Source: a virus. Taken from it: DNA of 64,000 nucleotides. The stretch is taken from positions 32,281-96,280 of the IMG/VR virus record IMGVR_UViG_3300050026_000055; one strand, 5' to 3'. The translations under genes and the position numbers were made by a program. The notes under the pieces were generated by a model. The model worked only from the letters and a program-made list of their open reading frames with translations. It had not been told where the DNA came from and searched no databases. This document shows, piece after piece, positions 1-9,479 of this stretch. The stretch's first letter is position 1. Each line of letters opens with the position of its first letter.

Positions 1-1
1 C

Positions 2-820
2 TGCATCAAGATTGATTGCGGAGAGTATCAACTAGACCATGAAATTACCAAGCTAGTTGGTTCGCCTCCCGGTTATCTTGGTCACTCTGCGACAGCTCCA
101 CGCTTTAATACTGAAAAGGTACGCGAGCATTGGACAGAGCAATATCCGTTGACTGTGATTCTTTTCGATGAAATTGAAAAGGCAAGTCCTGATCTTCAAA
201 ATATTTTGCTTGGTATTTTGGACAAAGGAGTTATCACCACAGGCAGAAACGAGCGAGTTGATCTTACCAAGAGCATCGTCGTTATGACTTCAAACGAGGG
301 GTCAGCGAAGATGAATCAAGCATTAGAAGGTGGTATGGGGTTTGGTGGAATGACAGGAGCCAATACTCACGAAATCAACAGCATCGGACTGGCGGCTGTA
401 CGTCATAAATTTTCACCAGAGTTTGTCAATCGCTTAGATAAGATAGTGACATTCAATTCTTTGTCTAAGGCAAACATAACAAAGGTGTTGTTTACGGAAA
501 TACACCGTCTTCAGGATACCATTTTTCAGAAAACCTTTGCTGCACCGTTGCTAAGGATTTCCAACAAAGCGAAGGAAGCGTTGGTAGCGGAAGGATTTGA
601 TCCGAAGTATAATGCTCGTAATATCCGGCGTGTACTTGAACACAATATTCAAGAACCTCTGGCTAGAGCAATTGCCAGCGAACAATTAAAGCACTCGGAG
701 ACGATTTTTGTTGACATTAACAAGTCGGGGGCGTATACTTTCGGTGTAGTCGATGATCCAGAAAATAGCAAAAAAGCTATAGCATGTCCTAATCCAAAGA
801 TCGAGAGAGGTATGAATTGA
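2..820 (+). CDS. ClpA/ClpB-like AAA+ ATPase (5'-partial, D2-type domain)
   Basis: Frame open from window start: CIKIDCGEYQLDHEITKLVGSPPGYLGH pore-loop motif, Walker B VILFDEIEKA, VMTSN, FSPEFVNRLD, FDPKYNARNIRR. Confidence 0.85.
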   Translation, partial: CIKIDCGEYQLDHEITKLVGSPPGYLGHSATAPRFNTEKVREHWTEQYPLTVILFDEIEKASPDLQNILLGILDKGVITTGRNERVDLTKSIVVMTSNEGSAKMNQALEGGMGFGGMTGANTHEINSIGLAAVRHKFSPEFVNRLDKIVTFNSLSKANITKVLFTEIHRLQDTIFQKTFAAPLLRISNKAKEALVAEGFDPKYNARNIRRVLEHNIQEPLARAIASEQLKHSETIFVDINKSGAYTFGVVDDPENSKKAIACPNPKIERGMN

Positions 821-1230
821 GAGCGGAGGCAGTTGGATTTACAGGAACATCACAAATCGGTGCAGTAACCGCCAAGCAGTTAAAAGATGGTGAGCGGTTA
901 CTGTACTCACTGTATTCGGAAGGATACAAAGAGTTCCACCACGGAGACTGTATAGGAGCTGACGAACAGTTTCATGCTATTGCCAAGCGCATTGGCTTTA
1001 AAATTATCATACATCCACCGGAGAACAATAGCAAGCGCGCTTTTTGTTTTGGTGCAGACACAGTTTTAGAAGAAAAAGCTTATCTAATACGCAATCACGA
1101 CATTGTTGATGAGACTAATGTATTGATTGCTGTTCCTAAATCAGCAGCGGAGGAGTTGCGGAGCGGAACATGGGCCACTGTTCGATATGCTCGTAAAGCG
1201 AAGCATCGTATTTACATATTAATGCCGTAA
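817..1230 (+). CDS. SLOG-superfamily (DprA/YspA-like) nucleotide-binding protein
   Basis: VGFTGT, HGDCIGAD, RNHDIVD and SGTWATVRYA motifs. Confidence 0.7.
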   Translation: MRAEAVGFTGTSQIGAVTAKQLKDGERLLYSLYSEGYKEFHHGDCIGADEQFHAIAKRIGFKIIIHPPENNSKRAFCFGADTVLEEKAYLIRNHDIVDETNVLIAVPKSAAEELRSGTWATVRYARKAKHRIYILMP

Positions 1231-1238
1231 AGGAGATT

Positions 1239-1487
1239 ATGCCATATATTAAAACTGAGGGCAGAGACACATTGGACAAATTAATTCGGCAGTTTGGTCC
1301 AATGTCGGCAGGTGAATTAAATTATTGCATGACGCGATTGTGCTCTAGATTTCTGGCATCTCGCATGAACTATGAAGGTATCGCTTTGGTAACAGGCGTG
1401 ATCGAGAACGTCAAGCAAGAACTGTACCGACGCGTGGCCACTCCTTACGAAGATCAGAAAATGAAAGCGCACGGCGATGTCTATTAG
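1239..1487 (+). CDS. conserved phage hypothetical protein
   Basis: AAGGAG RBS; MPYI...GELNY...ELYRRVATPYED...GDVY pattern common in phages. Confidence 0.7.
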   Translation: MPYIKTEGRDTLDKLIRQFGPMSAGELNYCMTRLCSRFLASRMNYEGIALVTGVIENVKQELYRRVATPYEDQKMKAHGDVY

Positions 1488-1496
1488 GAGTTAATA

Positions 1497-2048
1497 ATGA
1501 AGTTAGCAACACTGTGCTCTCATGTTGATCGTAAACATTACAGCAAAGGTCTTTGTGAATCTTGTTATAAAACTTACACCAACCGAAACAATCCTGTAGC
1601 CAGATTACAAGCAAGGGCGAGATACAATAAATGGAAGGCCGCTAATCCAGGCAAAACGGCTGAATATAATAAAAAAAGTCGTGAAAAATATCGTGCTCCT
1701 TGTAGGCGGTGTGGTGCTACAATGCCGTTTCCGTCAATGGGCAAGAGATATTGCAATGAATGTTTGCCATTGGTTAGAAAAGATGGCAACACAAAAAGAT
1801 ATGAACTGCTGTCGGTAGAGTGGGATGAATACAAGCGCAGTTTAGGATGTTCAAGGTGTGGTTACAACAGGTGCGGAGCTGCTCTTGATTTTCATCATTT
1901 TGATGATAATAAAGAGCAGCGTATAACAGTCTCAAGTTGGAAGATGCCAAAAAGCCAAAACGAAATAAGTAAATGTGTTTTGTTATGTTCTAATTGTCAT
2001 CGCGAAATTCATAATGGTATAAAGGAAAAGATATGCGAGACTTTTTAG
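1497..2048 (+). CDS. HNH endonuclease
   Basis: CSRCG...ALDFHH...KCVLLCSNCHREIH. Confidence 0.8.
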   Translation: MKLATLCSHVDRKHYSKGLCESCYKTYTNRNNPVARLQARARYNKWKAANPGKTAEYNKKSREKYRAPCRRCGATMPFPSMGKRYCNECLPLVRKDGNTKRYELLSVEWDEYKRSLGCSRCGYNRCGAALDFHHFDDNKEQRITVSSWKMPKSQNEISKCVLLCSNCHREIHNGIKEKICETF

Positions 2049-2557
2049 TTTATTTGGCCGGACCTATCGACGGACTTCTGTATAGTGAAGGTCAAGATTG
2101 GCGTAACTATGTCTCTACGCGCCTCCCTGTTGAAATACGGGGCATTTCTCCGCTACGCGGCAAGGCTCAACAGAACAGCCGTCTGGGTAAAATTTCAGGA
2201 ACCAATGAGTCCTGCCCGTTGACTTCGCAAGCTGGATTGACGACTCGGGATCGTAATGATTGTATCCGTGCTGATGCAGTCATTGTGAATCTCTTGGGGG
2301 CTACGAAAGTTAGTATTGGAACCATGATTGAGGTCGGTTGGGCAGATTTGTCAAGACGGCCTTTGATTCTGGTGATCGAAAAGCAGGGAAATATCCACGA
2401 TCATCCGATGCTCAAACATTGTGCCGGATTTAGGGTTGAGAGTCTAGATGAAGCCGTTAGCGTCTGCACGGCCATTTTGATGCCGGAAGGTTATGGAACA
2501 AATAGGACGCTTGACGAATTAGAAATTGAAGAGTTAGTTCCTAAGTGGCATGAATAA
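2033..2557 (+). CDS. nucleoside 2-deoxyribosyltransferase-like protein
   Basis: VYLAGPI, D..CIRADAVIV and SIGTMIEVGWA motifs. Confidence 0.8.
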   Translation: MRDFLVYLAGPIDGLLYSEGQDWRNYVSTRLPVEIRGISPLRGKAQQNSRLGKISGTNESCPLTSQAGLTTRDRNDCIRADAVIVNLLGATKVSIGTMIEVGWADLSRRPLILVIEKQGNIHDHPMLKHCAGFRVESLDEAVSVCTAILMPEGYGTNRTLDELEIEELVPKWHE

Positions 2558-2596
2558 AGACAAAAAAAGAAGGACAGCTTTTTAGGCTGTCCTTTT
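2558..2596. terminator. bidirectional intrinsic terminator
   Basis: AAGGACAGC-TTTTTAG-GCTGTCCTT hairpin with A-tract and T-tract, between convergent genes. Confidence 0.8.
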
Positions 2597-2599
2597 GTG

Positions 2600-3283
2600 T
2601 TATAACAAAAATTTAACTAAGAATCCCGAAACAAATCCTGCACCAAACCATCGTTTCTTAGCCTTGCGGTCTGCCGCTTTCACAGCGGCGATTTCTGTTT
2701 TACAAGCAACATTGCTGTCTACGATTTGTTTATTCAATCCTACAATCAAGTTTGTCTTGTCATTGAGTAGTATTCCTAATCCTGTGATCTGTTTGTCCTT
2801 ATTGGCATTAACCGTGGTCAAATCAGTAACGCTGGTTTGCAAAACAGGAATACGTTCCAGTTGGTTGACTGTTGAGCGTGCTCCTTGATCTGTAACGGTA
2901 ATGCCAGTAGTGGTAGCAGCAATATCGCTGTCACCGAGATTGCCCAAAGCCTTCCAGCGATTAGCTAGTTCAGGCAAGGGAAGAGTCTTGTCGATTGCTT
3001 GCTGCTTCGACAATGCAGCATTATTGGCCGCTATCGTAGCAAGTAGTACTTGATTCTGATGAGTAAGGCTGGCTACCATTGCTTGATATTGAGCCTGCTG
3101 TGAAGCGGTCTGAGATGCTAATGCAGCGTTAGATTGCTCCTGCTTAACTAATGCCGCCTGAGCCGCAGCAGCTTTACCGGCAGTCTCCGCAGCCGAATAA
3201 TTCAAGTACTTATTGCCTACAAATAAAAGACCAGTCATAACAATAAACGTTATGACTGTCTTTTCTAACTCTTTAAATGTCAT
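2600..3283 (-). CDS. membrane-anchored coiled-coil protein, spanin-like
   Basis: N-terminal TM helix, Ala/Gln-rich coiled coil, C-terminal hydrophobic segment. Confidence 0.45.
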   Translation of the reverse strand: MTFKELEKTVITFIVMTGLLFVGNKYLNYSAAETAGKAAAAQAALVKQEQSNAALASQTASQQAQYQAMVASLTHQNQVLLATIAANNAALSKQQAIDKTLPLPELANRWKALGNLGDSDIAATTTGITVTDQGARSTVNQLERIPVLQTSVTDLTTVNANKDKQITGLGILLNDKTNLIVGLNKQIVDSNVACKTEIAAVKAADRKAKKRWFGAGFVSGFLVKFLL

Positions 3284-3651
3284 TTTACTCCTTTGCCAAC
3301 ATCTCTATCTAACAAAACTTCATACAGCAGTCCCTTAGCATTAAAAATAACGGCGCATAAAACCTCTTGCAAATCAGGGTCGTTTGCTTCTTTAGAATAT
3401 CCACGATGAATTAGTCTGGCATCCATAAAGTGACGCGATAATGACTTCATGTACGCATCTCTAGGTATTCCCAATGTCCAGTTATCCGAATTACGCATCG
3501 TGCCGTCCTTCTGCTTTCTATGCTTGTGCATATACTGTGCATATCTTTTTTCAACGATAGGCGACAGAAATCCTTCATAGTCAATCTTCTCATTATCATT
3601 GTCGCGAGTTGCCCCCGATGTAAACTCTCGCAAATAATTACCTTCGCTCAA
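3280..3651 (-). CDS. dATP/dGTP diphosphohydrolase-like (DUF5664-type) protein
   Basis: REFTSGATRD...NWTLGIP...SLSRH motif; GGAGG RBS before TTG. Confidence 0.7.
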   Translation of the reverse strand: MSEGNYLREFTSGATRDNDNEKIDYEGFLSPIVEKRYAQYMHKHRKQKDGTMRNSDNWTLGIPRDAYMKSLSRHFMDARLIHRGYSKEANDPDLQEVLCAVIFNAKGLLYEVLLDRDVGKGVK

Positions 3652-3817
3652 ATTTCCTCCCTAATTTTTCAAACATCCGATCAAACCAATACCAACGAAT
3701 TATAGATAACGCTGTGCTTGTTTTCTTTGTTATTTTATACGATTTGCCTTGTAAGAGGATAATATCTCCTACATCATTGTCCTCTATCTCAGCGCCGTCA
3801 TAATTCCAGCTTACCAT
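3638..3817 (-). CDS. hypothetical protein
   Basis: GGAGGAG RBS before ATG at 3817; couples to next gene. Confidence 0.5.
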   Translation of the reverse strand: MVSWNYDGAEIEDNDVGDIILLQGKSYKITKKTSTALSIIRWYWFDRMFEKLGRKFERR

Positions 3818-3901
3818 TTTCTCCTCCAAAGAGATAGCAGAATGCTGACACCAAGCACAACAAGAACTACAAACAGAAATTCAATTAACTTTTCCATAGT
3901 A

Positions 3902-5167
3902 TCAATCCACGTCTGTATAAACTACAGTGCCAATCAATCCTTCGTTTCGATTCCAGATGAATCCTTCTGCACTTCGTAGGTTACCAACGTAGCCCTGCTC
4001 CGCGTGCCAATCGTCCGGAGAACAAAGAGCACTAAGCGTGCGAACACGTACACCATACTTTTCTTCAAGACGAGTCTGGTGAATATGCCCGACATGCGCC
4101 TCACGGAACTTAGTCTCACCAAAATCCTTTGAGCATTCAGTTGCCATTAACAAAGGATACTCGTTCTTTTTTCCTTTGTCTCCGTGTGTCAGCATGAGTA
4201 AAACATTGCCAAATCTATGATACTTTCGGTAACGTGGCATGTTATCAATTTTAACATCCGCATAATTGTGAAACCAACATTCCAAAGAATCGCCCAAATG
4301 CCAAACCGAAAGAGTGTCGTGGTTTCCTTGAACCATGATTACCTTTACAGGAGCAATCTGCCGTAGCCTCTCAATGGAGTCAATAATCACATTACGAACT
4401 GTGGCAAACGTCTTTTGATAACGTCCGTCAGTGGTTACGACTGTACCGGATGTAGTCCTAGATTCAGCATCATCCGAATTAAAAAGATCATTACCAACAA
4501 TATAAACCAGTTCGTCAAACGAGTAGCCAGCGGAACGGCTGAGTAAGCAGTCCAACGCTTTTTTGTAGATACTGGCGGCTATCTTAACGTCATAGTTCTT
4601 TCCGCCTGTCTCAACGGCCCACGCCAGTTTGCCAAAGTGCATGTCAGGAAGATTTACTTCCAGCATGTTTCCTGATGGCTGTTGTCTAGTAATAAACGCT
4701 GGTGATGGAGGCGCATAACAGATTGCAGCAATCTTTAACGACTCCAGTTCGTCTTTAGCGTCAACGATATGCGTCTTTTTGCTACAGAACGCCTTGACCT
4801 GAAACAGCGGAGTTTGCGAAACGCCGACATCCCATTTATTGAATATGCATTTGTCAATGTTCCACACCGAAAGGTCAATCTTGCAATGTTCGATTAATTG
4901 CGCCTCGGTGCAAATCTGTGTCTTTGGCAAAGATATTATCCACTTGTCACCAGCAACCTCAGAAGATTCGTTTGGCTTCTGAGTTGGCTGTGTTTGGCAC
5001 AATCCTGCAGCATTCAAAAAATCTGTAAAGTTTGCGAAGACTTTGCGGTATGTGCGTTCTGAATAAACGCCCTGTGAACGATATGTTTTACGAGTAACTT
5101 TTCCTGAAAACTTGCTTGCCAATCTCTGAATATCCTTGATTAATTCTTCTTTGGTTATTTTATTCAT
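3902..5167 (-). CDS. calcineurin-like metallophosphoesterase with N-terminal helical DNA-binding-like domain
   Basis: DMHFG, GNDLF, GNHD, THGD and GHIH motifs; start re-assigned downstream of a promoter. Confidence 0.75.
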   Translation of the reverse strand: MNKITKEELIKDIQRLASKFSGKVTRKTYRSQGVYSERTYRKVFANFTDFLNAAGLCQTQPTQKPNESSEVAGDKWIISLPKTQICTEAQLIEHCKIDLSVWNIDKCIFNKWDVGVSQTPLFQVKAFCSKKTHIVDAKDELESLKIAAICYAPPSPAFITRQQPSGNMLEVNLPDMHFGKLAWAVETGGKNYDVKIAASIYKKALDCLLSRSAGYSFDELVYIVGNDLFNSDDAESRTTSGTVVTTDGRYQKTFATVRNVIIDSIERLRQIAPVKVIMVQGNHDTLSVWHLGDSLECWFHNYADVKIDNMPRYRKYHRFGNVLLMLTHGDKGKKNEYPLLMATECSKDFGETKFREAHVGHIHQTRLEEKYGVRVRTLSALCSPDDWHAEQGYVGNLRSAEGFIWNRNEGLIGTVVYTDVD

Positions 5168-5184
5168 GCTCTCCATTTGAATAC

Positions 5185-5213
5185 ATAATACCACACGAAC
5201 GATAATTTGTCAA
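5185..5213 (-). promoter_or_regulatory. sigma70-type promoter
   Basis: TTGACA-17 nt-TATTAT with extended TG. Confidence 0.75.
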
Positions 5214-5216
5214 GCG

Positions 5217-5702
5217 TTATTTCTTATTTATTGCTATTAATGTGCCGATAACACGATCAGAGCTACTGTTTATAGCATCCACCAATTTCTCATGGTTGTT
5301 TTGTGTTTTTTCAGCCACTCTCGCAATACCTGCTTCACTGATTTTCAAGGCTTCTTGCGTTTTTTCAGCCACTTTAGCGATGCCTTTTTCGCTAATTCTC
5401 AGGGCTTCTTCTGTTTTTTCGGCCACTTTAGCGATGCCTGCCTCACTAGTTTTTACAGCTTCGATCAGCTTTGCATGCCGTTTTTCTTCCATTTCTTTCT
5501 CTAACTCAGTATTTTTAGCAATTGCACTAACAATTTCTTCTTTGGCACCTACTAAGTGTGTATGAATAAAATGGTTAACAAATGTTTTTGTTTTCCAGCC
5601 TAATAAAAATAAGCCTGATAAAACTGAAAGAGGAGTCATATATGGATGAAATGCTTTAATTAAGTCAGATAAATTTCTTGCTGGATCATCGGTTACGAAC
5701 AT
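5217..5702 (-). CDS. membrane protein with three 18-aa repeats (paralog of 5715..6095), holin-like
   Basis: One TM helix, then SEAGIAKVAEKTEEALRI-like repeat x3. Confidence 0.55.
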   Translation of the reverse strand: MFVTDDPARNLSDLIKAFHPYMTPLSVLSGLFLLGWKTKTFVNHFIHTHLVGAKEEIVSAIAKNTELEKEMEEKRHAKLIEAVKTSEAGIAKVAEKTEEALRISEKGIAKVAEKTQEALKISEAGIARVAEKTQNNHEKLVDAINSSSDRVIGTLIAINKK

Positions 5703-5714
5703 AGTGTTACCTTC

Positions 5715-6095
5715 TTATTTCTTTACATTCAGCGCGATCAGTGTGTCTATCAGTCGATCAGAGCTGGCCTTTAAAGCGTCAACAATTCTTTCGTGACCCT
5801 CGACTGCCTTTTTGGCCATAGCGTTCGAGTTTTCGGCGTTTTCTTTTATGGCTTCTACAATTCTTTCGTGCCCCTCATCTTCCGCCTTTATGATTTTTTC
5901 TAGAGACTCTTCGTTACGTTTTACTGCATCGGAAATATCTTGTTTGATATGTGCCAAATGGTTATTGATAAGTGTATCCACAAATCCCCTTACTCTCCAA
6001 GCGATTACTGCTAAGGTAGTAATGATGGATAGAGGAGCGACATAAATCTTGAGTGTTTCATAAAGTCCTATAACAGGATCAGAGTTAACAAACAT
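5715..6095 (-). CDS. membrane protein (paralog of 5217..5702), holin-like
   Basis: MFVNSDP vs MFVTDDP starts; shared C-terminus HE.(I/L)VDA...SSDR.I.TLIA.N.KK. Confidence 0.55.
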   Translation of the reverse strand: MFVNSDPVIGLYETLKIYVAPLSIITTLAVIAWRVRGFVDTLINNHLAHIKQDISDAVKRNEESLEKIIKAEDEGHERIVEAIKENAENSNAMAKKAVEGHERIVDALKASSDRLIDTLIALNVKK

Positions 6096-6114
6096 GACAA
6101 AAAGAGCCCTTTAC

Positions 6115-6318
6115 TTAATTAAATATTCGATAGTCCGCGACTTGGGTGTGTTTGCTGTAATTACACGGACCGCAAAGTGGCTGGATGTTATCAATATTGC
6201 TGGAGCCACCCTTAGATACGGGAATTATGTGATCCGCAGTTGGCTTGTTAGTTGATGTGTATTCTATACCGCAGCATAGACATTTATTTCCATGCGATAT
6301 TCTTGGGTTGACATGCAT
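6115..6318 (-). CDS. minimal or truncated HNH endonuclease
   Basis: DHIIPVSKGGSSNIDNIQPLCGPCN, nearly identical to the C-terminus of the 56832..57341 HNH. Confidence 0.7.
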   Translation of the reverse strand: MHVNPRISHGNKCLCCGIEYTSTNKPTADHIIPVSKGGSSNIDNIQPLCGPCNYSKHTQVADYRIFN

Positions 6319-6323
6319 TTTCC

Positions 6324-6731
6324 TTACTTGAAGATGGTTAAAGGCCCCATATCCACAATCCGAGGATGAAGCTCTGGCTGGCCGATGATTATGTCCAAAA
6401 AAAACCTTGATTCCACATGGCGCAGGTCGGCCCAGAACATTCCGCCTTTTGCATAATCCTGAGTGTTATCGTAAATTGCCTCAATTTCGTGCAGCAATTT
6501 CACAAACGAGGGTTCCCAAATCGAAGGGAATACCAATTTTGGCTGTTCAATCGTCGCACTAAATTTGTGTAAATTCTGTAGAACTTCTAAATGCGTTCCC
6601 CATCCCGCTCGTATCCTGTTCATTATACAGGACATAATAAGACAGGACGCAAGGTGTCCACCATAAGGTAAACCGTGCGTGTAACCAACCAATACAATTT
6701 GTCCACGAAGGAAATCATCTTGACGTAAAAT
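6324..6731 (-). CDS. cell wall hydrolase (SleB/Hydrolase_2)-like protein, probable ATT start
   Basis: SCIMNRIRAGWG and DYAKGGMFW resemble SleB-like hydrolases; AAGGAGG lies 6 nt before in-frame ATT. Confidence 0.5.
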   Translation of the reverse strand: MLRQDDFLRGQIVLVGYTHGLPYGGHLASCLIMSCIMNRIRAGWGTHLEVLQNLHKFSATIEQPKLVFPSIWEPSFVKLLHEIEAIYDNTQDYAKGGMFWADLRHVESRFFLDIIIGQPELHPRIVDMGPLTIFK

Positions 6732-6910
6732 TTTGCTCCTCCTTATAAATGTATATCCCGGCCAGTCGGCATTAACCAACCGTCCGGGGCTGTGCAAATG
6801 TTCGCGACCAGTCAGCCTTTGCACAACGATGTATAATAAACGAGTCAGGCCATTTGGGACGCGCCCCACGGCTAACTTTGTTCCTGACTCGTATCTTTTC
6901 AGACAAACAG

Positions 6911-6939
6911 ATAATACCATGACGCCGTCCGTTTGTCAA
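6911..6939 (-). promoter_or_regulatory. sigma70-type promoter
   Basis: TTGACA-17 nt-TATTAT with extended TG. Confidence 0.75.
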
Positions 6940-6952
6940 GAGCTGTTCTTGA

Positions 6953-7306
6953 TTATTTTTCAGGCAAATGTAAGGTCGAATCAGGTTCGTACTTTTTGAA
7001 ATACTGCTGCAATTCACTGGCCGAATGTTGTTTTAGGTTGAATGGAGAGGCATAGAAATGCCATTTACCGCCAACTTTCTTCCAATCGCCGCCTTCTTGC
7101 TCAGGTGTATTGTGTACACTTTCCTTAGAAAATGTAATATGATTTGGAAGTTTAAACTCGTCAGTCAAATGCTTACCGCCTGATTGATCCGGTTCTCCGT
7201 ACTTGGCCCTATATCCGGCGTAGTCATAGTCGTTAGACTCCTTTTTAGGGAGCCTCCTTCGCGCTATTACCGCCAAGCGGCAAGGCAGTACCTTGGTAGA
7301 CATCAC
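6953..7306 (-). CDS. hypothetical protein
   Basis: DYDYAGY...HLTDEFKLPNHITFSKES motif seen in phage virion-associated domains; start uncertain, overlaps upstream gene. Confidence 0.5.
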   Translation of the reverse strand: MMSTKVLPCRLAVIARRRLPKKESNDYDYAGYRAKYGEPDQSGGKHLTDEFKLPNHITFSKESVHNTPEQEGGDWKKVGGKWHFYASPFNLKQHSASELQQYFKKYEPDSTLHLPEK

Positions 7307-9470
7307 GTATACCAGCTCTGTCAGACTTCGGCGGTTTGTTGCCTTTGCCGACTCCCTGAGTCACGGCAGTACTTTGAGCTGCATTTGCCAAACCTGTAGT
7401 CACCGGACTACTGGCAATTTTGCTACCAGCCCCAAATGTTTTCCAAAGAGCAGGATGAGTGCTCAAAAATTCCAAAACACTCTGGCCTGCCTTCATACCG
7501 CCAGCAGCACAAGAAAGCCCAACAATAACGGCGGCAGTTTCTACAGTATTATGACCAGTCAATTCAGTTGCTACACCGGCTCCACCAGCTACGCCAGCAA
7601 TTACACCAGCTTTTACTAATCGCTGCACCATCTGTGCGTTCTTAGCGTTAGAGATTACCTGTTGAGCAAACTTTCCGATTTCAGGCGGCATGTTTACCGG
7701 GCTTGGTCCTGTGCCAAACAATAGATTGAAGTTATCTTCCGTCAGCGTCTTTTGTGCTTTCGTAACCTGTTTTAACAAATCGCCCGGATCAAAACGACCG
7801 GTTTCCTTGTTTACAGCATCATCCATCCATGTCTTGAAAACATCTCTGCCGATTGGAAGCATTTTTTCACGGCTACCGATTAGATCACGTAGCGCGCTTA
7901 CCTTGCCATTAGAATCTCCTGACAACAGTTCTTTGCCTAAATCGTTGACAGCTTTACCCGGCTCTGTCTCAGCTAATCGTGAGATAGCCTTTGACTCCAT
8001 AAGAGCATTAGTGGTTCTATAATTACCACGCAACTTGGTATACTGATCTGCAACGGATTTAAGTTGAGGATCAGTCTTACCAGCTTTGTCAGCCATTTGT
8101 TGAATCGTGTCGTCCACGGATGTCATCATTTGCCGCCAAGTACGAGAATTGATGTCACCAAAGCCCATTCGACTCGTCGCGGCGTAATCATCTGCTCCTT
8201 TTCTAAGAGCCTGACGAAATGAAATAAGATCATTAATGGACCACGGTTTTACTTCCACTGGTTCAGCTTTTCCAGCAGGAGAAAAACCTTCCTCATAATT
8301 AAAAGTTCCCTCAGCCGCATCAGCCGCCTTAGCTGCCGGAAGTTCTCCCTTTTCTAAATTAGAAAGAAGATTCTTGGTTTTAGCATCAAATCCTTCCGGT
8401 GCTCTAGCTTGTGCAACAAATGGGTGTGTCTGTGCCGCTTCGTCTTCAGTGCCGGCCAGTATTTTACCTGCACGGCTAGCGATGGGATTGTCTTTAATAT
8501 CTATTGTTTGACCTTGCAATTTTTCTTTAATGTCATTAATACCGTGTTCAAAGTCGGTATGCATCTGCAATCGTTTGGCTTCAATCTCACTTCTGACTGC
8601 ACCGACAACTTCAGTCTTTTCCGGCGCTGTCTTTGCAACTTTAGCTAACTCATCAAGAGTCTTACCGGCTTTTGCACCAGCAGCCAAACCGCCTTTAATA
8701 GCCGCACCAGCCGCACCAACCGTGCCAGAAAGAGCAGCCATTGCACCGCCCTCTTTCAAAGCCTGACCGGTGTCACCAGTTTTAACTTTAGTCTGACCTG
8801 CCTGTACTGCGCCTTGACGAACGGCGTTGCCGACCACATTAGCAGCTTCAGGATGCTTTGCTACCATCTCTGTTCCATACTTCAACGCATTTACAATGCG
8901 TGGAGATAGTTCAAGAGTCTGAGCAATTTTAGCAGCCTTCATTAACTTAGCTCCGGTAGCTAACCCAGCCAAAGCAGGATCACCAAGAATAAATTCTGTC
9001 AAACTTTCGCCAGCATATCCTATACTTTCTGCAGTACCTTTAGGCGTAAGATCGGTTTGAAGTTGGCCTTGTGCATCTCGCATCTCAGAGCCGGTGGGTG
9101 AATCTTCAGGATTGATGCCGGAATATTCGGACGGCAACATTTGTTTGGTATTAGTAGGCACCGCATTTACAGCAGACCTAGCAATTCCTGAAATAGTTGA
9201 TCCAATGCCCTTCATGTATCCAGTAGCCGCGCCAAGCAAACCACCGGCTACTCTGGTAGCCCCCGCTTGGTTAGTGGCTGCATCTGAACCACTTAAAGGA
9301 CCGGCAGGAATAGCCTTCATTCCGTTTTGTGGAATCTCGACATTGCCGCTAGTATAGCCAGAACTAGACGCACCATTGCCCGCCTGAGATTGATCTTCAG
9401 GAGCAGGTGTAGAAGTTGGAGTCTGCCCCGGAAAGCTAACATTACCTGATGTATAGTCATTGCCTGCCAT
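7245..9470 (-). CDS. internal virion (DNA ejection) protein
   Basis: 741 aa, Ala/Gly-rich helical; lies after the transglycosylase-bearing core protein. Confidence 0.55.
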   Translation of the reverse strand: MAGNDYTSGNVSFPGQTPTSTPAPEDQSQAGNGASSSGYTSGNVEIPQNGMKAIPAGPLSGSDAATNQAGATRVAGGLLGAATGYMKGIGSTISGIARSAVNAVPTNTKQMLPSEYSGINPEDSPTGSEMRDAQGQLQTDLTPKGTAESIGYAGESLTEFILGDPALAGLATGAKLMKAAKIAQTLELSPRIVNALKYGTEMVAKHPEAANVVGNAVRQGAVQAGQTKVKTGDTGQALKEGGAMAALSGTVGAAGAAIKGGLAAGAKAGKTLDELAKVAKTAPEKTEVVGAVRSEIEAKRLQMHTDFEHGINDIKEKLQGQTIDIKDNPIASRAGKILAGTEDEAAQTHPFVAQARAPEGFDAKTKNLLSNLEKGELPAAKAADAAEGTFNYEEGFSPAGKAEPVEVKPWSINDLISFRQALRKGADDYAATSRMGFGDINSRTWRQMMTSVDDTIQQMADKAGKTDPQLKSVADQYTKLRGNYRTTNALMESKAISRLAETEPGKAVNDLGKELLSGDSNGKVSALRDLIGSREKMLPIGRDVFKTWMDDAVNKETGRFDPGDLLKQVTKAQKTLTEDNFNLLFGTGPSPVNMPPEIGKFAQQVISNAKNAQMVQRLVKAGVIAGVAGGAGVATELTGHNTVETAAVIVGLSCAAGGMKAGQSVLEFLSTHPALWKTFGAGSKIASSPVTTGLANAAQSTAVTQGVGKGNKPPKSDRAGIRDVYQGTALPLGGNSAKEAP

Positions 9471-9479
9471 TATTTGTCC

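Noticed and set aside
6732-6920. N-terminal extension of ORF 6324..6920 from the ORF track
   Set aside because: Its ATG lies inside a promoter spacer with no RBS; the strong SD is at 6738-6744.
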